DNA of 64,000 bases, from assembly GCA_045654505.1 (NCBI GenBank), contig JAZONM010000007.1, positions 50,704 through 114,703 of the forward strand, read 5' to 3'. The position numbers were made by a program, and so were the translations under genes. The first letter of the stretch is position 1. Every line of letters begins with the position of its first letter. Origin of the DNA: Clostridia bacterium (lineage in GTDB: Bacteria > Bacillota > Clostridia > Christensenellales > UBA1242). A model generated the notes under the pieces. The model saw only the letters and a program-made list of their open reading frames with translations, ran no database searches and was not told the origin of the DNA. Below, piece by piece: positions 61,811 through 64,000 of the stretch.

Positions 61811-63337
61811 ATGAAAAAAGTAATTAGATTTTTTGCATCAACAAAATTTATCTTAATATTGTCTCTACTTATAAATATAGCAATGTTTGTGCTTATATCT
61901 CTTTTTTTAGATTCGTTTTTCTACGGAATCTTTTCGGCTGTAGTCTTGGTTGCATGTTTTATCTCCCTATGGAGAAGTAGAATCCAACCTATCTACAAAA
62001 TAATGTGGGCATTGCTTATCTATATCTTGCCCATCTTTGGTTGTGTGCTGTATGCCCGCGCGACACATAGCTACGGCAGCATCAAAAAACGTAAGGCTTG
62101 GCAAAATATCACTTTCTTATCTAGCAATTATTTACCATCTAATACCGAGAGTTATGCCAGTCTAAACAAAACCGACTCTGTCGCATTCAAACAATGTATG
62201 TATGTTTCCAATAGCATCAATATGCCCGTATACGAAAATACTACTACCAAATATCTAGCTGACGGAACAGCATATTTTCAAGAAATGTTTGATTTAATCA
62301 AAAAAGCAAAAAGATACATATTCTTAGAATATTTCATATTTAAAGAAGGCAAAATTTGGGACCAATTATTCCAACTACTTAAAGAAAAAGCACGCGAGGG
62401 TGTGGAAATAAAGATTTTGTACGACGACTTCGGTTGTATGGATAGATTTACTGACCGCAAAACCTTCAAAAAACTTGCAAATTATAAAATTGAAGCGCTA
62501 CCATTCAATAGAGTATTGTCTTCATTTAGCGGTTTTATCAATTACCGCGACCACAGAAAGATTTTGATAGTGGATGGTGAATATGCTCTTACTGGAGGTA
62601 TCAATATTGGTGATGAATATGCCAATTTGATCGATATTTACGGGACTTGGAAAGACAATGGAATAAGTATCACCGGCGACGCTGTGTGGAGTATGGTTGT
62701 TATGTTTATCAATAGTTGGCACTTCTCCTCAAACGAACGTCTCGAATACGAAAAGTATAAGAGCACAAGCACAGCAAAAAATAAAAGTAAAGAGTATGTC
62801 CAACCTTACGGAACTTCTCCTCTTACTCATGAACCAGTAGCACGCAATATATATCTAAATCTTATCAATTCGGCGCAAAAGAGCATTTATATTACTTCCC
62901 CTTACATGATTTTGGACGAAGAGATGATTACTGCACTAAAACTTGCAGCAAAAAGTGGAGTATTGGTATCAATAATATTCCCGGCAATCCCCGACAAAAA
63001 AACTGCTTTTTATCTTGCCCGTTCGCGTTTTACAGAACTTATCAAGGCAGGCATCAAAATACATGAATTTAGTGGCGGATTTATACACGCGAAAAATCTG
63101 GTTATCGACGGTAAAATCGCCTCCATTGGCACTGTAAACATGGATTTTCGAAGTCTATACTTACACTTCGAAAACGGCACTCTTCTATACAATAGTCCGA
63201 CCGTAACCGATATACATAAGGATTTTGAAAAGACACTTACATTGTCTAAACAAATCACCCTTAAAGACATGAAAAAGAGAAAGCTTGTGGAAAAATTCTG
63301 CGGATTCTTCCTTAAGATATTGTCACCTTTCTTTTAA
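61811..63337 (+). CDS. cls: Cardiolipin synthase (PLD superfamily)
   Basis: 508 aa with two N-terminal TM helices and two HKD motifs (HRKILIVDG, HAKNLVIDG). Confidence 0.9.
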   Translation: MKKVIRFFASTKFILILSLLINIAMFVLISLFLDSFFYGIFSAVVLVACFISLWRSRIQPIYKIMWALLIYILPIFGCVLYARATHSYGSIKKRKAWQNITFLSSNYLPSNTESYASLNKTDSVAFKQCMYVSNSINMPVYENTTTKYLADGTAYFQEMFDLIKKAKRYIFLEYFIFKEGKIWDQLFQLLKEKAREGVEIKILYDDFGCMDRFTDRKTFKKLANYKIEALPFNRVLSSFSGFINYRDHRKILIVDGEYALTGGINIGDEYANLIDIYGTWKDNGISITGDAVWSMVVMFINSWHFSSNERLEYEKYKSTSTAKNKSKEYVQPYGTSPLTHEPVARNIYLNLINSAQKSIYITSPYMILDEEMITALKLAAKSGVLVSIIFPAIPDKKTAFYLARSRFTELIKAGIKIHEFSGGFIHAKNLVIDGKIASIGTVNMDFRSLYLHFENGTLLYNSPTVTDIHKDFEKTLTLSKQITLKDMKKRKLVEKFCGFFLKILSPFF

Positions 63338-63369
63338 TACTTGTTAATTCTAAAAACAATCAAGAAAAT

Positions 63370-63400
63370 AAAAAGAGCCAAACATATTGGCTCTTTTTTA
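63370..63400. terminator. Bidirectional terminator between cls and the MscS-like gene
   Basis: agagcca-(7 nt)-tggctct hairpin flanked by A- and T-runs. Confidence 0.8.
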
Positions 63401-63409
63401 TGTCTATTA

Positions 63410-64000
63410 TTATTTTTTGTCCTCTTTTTTAGTTGAAGATTTTTTTGTGGTTTTTGTTTCTTTTTTTACTTCTACTTTTTCACCACTCACTTCTTTTTTT
63501 GATTTCTTTTTGTGTTTGAAGATTTGTGTCAAATCAGCATTTTCAAGATCAAAACCTGTTTTCTCTTCTTCTCTCACTTTCTCCACTCTCTTTTGTAGAG
63601 GTTTTTTATCGTATGGCATTTTTACTTTGTCTGTGCGATTACGAATTTCCAATTGATTGTATGGAATGGATATATTGTTGCGTTTGAATTCATTATATAC
63701 ATTTTCCATTATGTAGTAATATACACTCCAATAATCTGCAGTGTCACACCAGCAATTAGCTGCAAAATCAATACTACTTGCACCTAGCACTTTTAATCTG
63801 CAGAATGGTTCTGGATCAAGATACACTCTACCGTCACTCTTCATAACATCTGTTACGATTTTTTTCACTGTCTCGACATCAGTCTCATATGCTACTGAAA
63901 ACATGAAATCAACTCTACGTTTTGGATTAGCGCCCGAATTAACAACAGAATCATTAACAATCATAGAATTTGGCAATGTCACTTTTTTATTGTCAGCAGT
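63410..64000 (-). CDS. Mechanosensitive channel MscS-family protein (partial; N-terminus beyond window end) with a Lys-rich C-terminal extension
   Basis: The reading frame stays open to position 64000 (…TADNKKVTLPNSMIVNDSVVN…). The MscS beta-domain pattern is PNS.I....V.N followed by RRVDFMFSVAYETD. The tail is KKKSKKEVSGEKVEVKKETKTTKKSSTKKEDKK. Confidence 0.75.
   Translation of the reverse strand, partial: TADNKKVTLPNSMIVNDSVVNSGANPKRRVDFMFSVAYETDVETVKKIVTDVMKSDGRVYLDPEPFCRLKVLGASSIDFAANCWCDTADYWSVYYYIMENVYNEFKRNNISIPYNQLEIRNRTDKVKMPYDKKPLQKRVEKVREEEKTGFDLENADLTQIFKHKKKSKKEVSGEKVEVKKETKTTKKSSTKKEDKK

Noticed and set aside
63410-63520. Lys/Glu-rich C-terminal tails on several membrane proteins (MscS-like, 29050..29373, TVP38-family 40640..40738) as a shared functional motif
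   Set aside because: In an AT-rich genome AAA/GAA-rich low-complexity tails arise easily. I saw no conserved spacing or motif between them, so I treat this as compositional bias.
1-64000. CRISPR arrays, IS elements, integrases, prophage genes, rRNA, riboswitches
   Set aside because: I found no regularly spaced direct repeats, no transposase/integrase/recombinase-like ORFs and no rRNA-like segments. Intergenic regions are mostly under 250 bp and are accounted for by promoters and terminators. The tRNA-adjacent islet therefore cannot be called a mobile element.

Overview
This 64-kb chromosomal window is visibly AT-rich and densely packed with genes. It looks like a low-GC Gram-positive-type (Bacillota) anaerobe, possibly a genome-reduced Erysipelotrichia/RF39/Acholeplasma-like gut lineage; that placement is inference only. 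ORFs are intact under the standard bacterial code. I support about 55 protein genes, one tRNA-Ser(GGA), about 20 rho-independent terminators and several sigma70-type promoters or operators. I saw no rRNA, CRISPR array, transposase, integrase or phage genes.

Housekeeping content:
- pyk, leuS, a short alaS, serS, dnaB, tex, folD, idi (type 1), glmM, cysK and cls.
- A trimeric electron-bifurcating-type [FeFe] hydrogenase (hydCBA).
- An LtaS-like sulfatase, an M14 peptidase and a CadC/CadA-like metal efflux pair.

Accessory or unusual content:
1. A roughly 2,930-aa lipoprotein-type adhesin made of about 18-20 FN3-like modules plus a GLUG-like C-terminal domain, next to a SipW-type signal peptidase.
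2. A second 997-aa LRR/Ig-repeat surface protein and a 598-aa membrane-anchored beta-repeat protein.
3. A 379-aa protein whose C-terminal half looks like a divergent diadenylate-cyclase (DAC) domain with altered catalytic motifs (DGI / RLR). Meanwhile glmM lacks its usual cdaA-cdaR partners and is instead coupled to a stand-alone GlmU acetyltransferase domain.
4. A LexA-box-controlled Y-family polymerase operon that also carries a small ORF and a peptidase-S51/EEP-nuclease fusion.
5. A P-loop kinase fused to an inositol-monophosphatase-like domain with Asp->Asn substitutions at metal-ligand positions.
6. A tRNA-Ser with a weak D-stem and a 29-bp duplicate of its 5' end 148 bp upstream. It borders an uncharacterised islet of two membrane proteins, a YxjI/LURP-one protein and an Mrr-cat nuclease.
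7. An XRE plus small-ORF cassette bracketed by two near-identical terminator hairpins.

All functional calls come from motif recognition by eye. No database searches were run.
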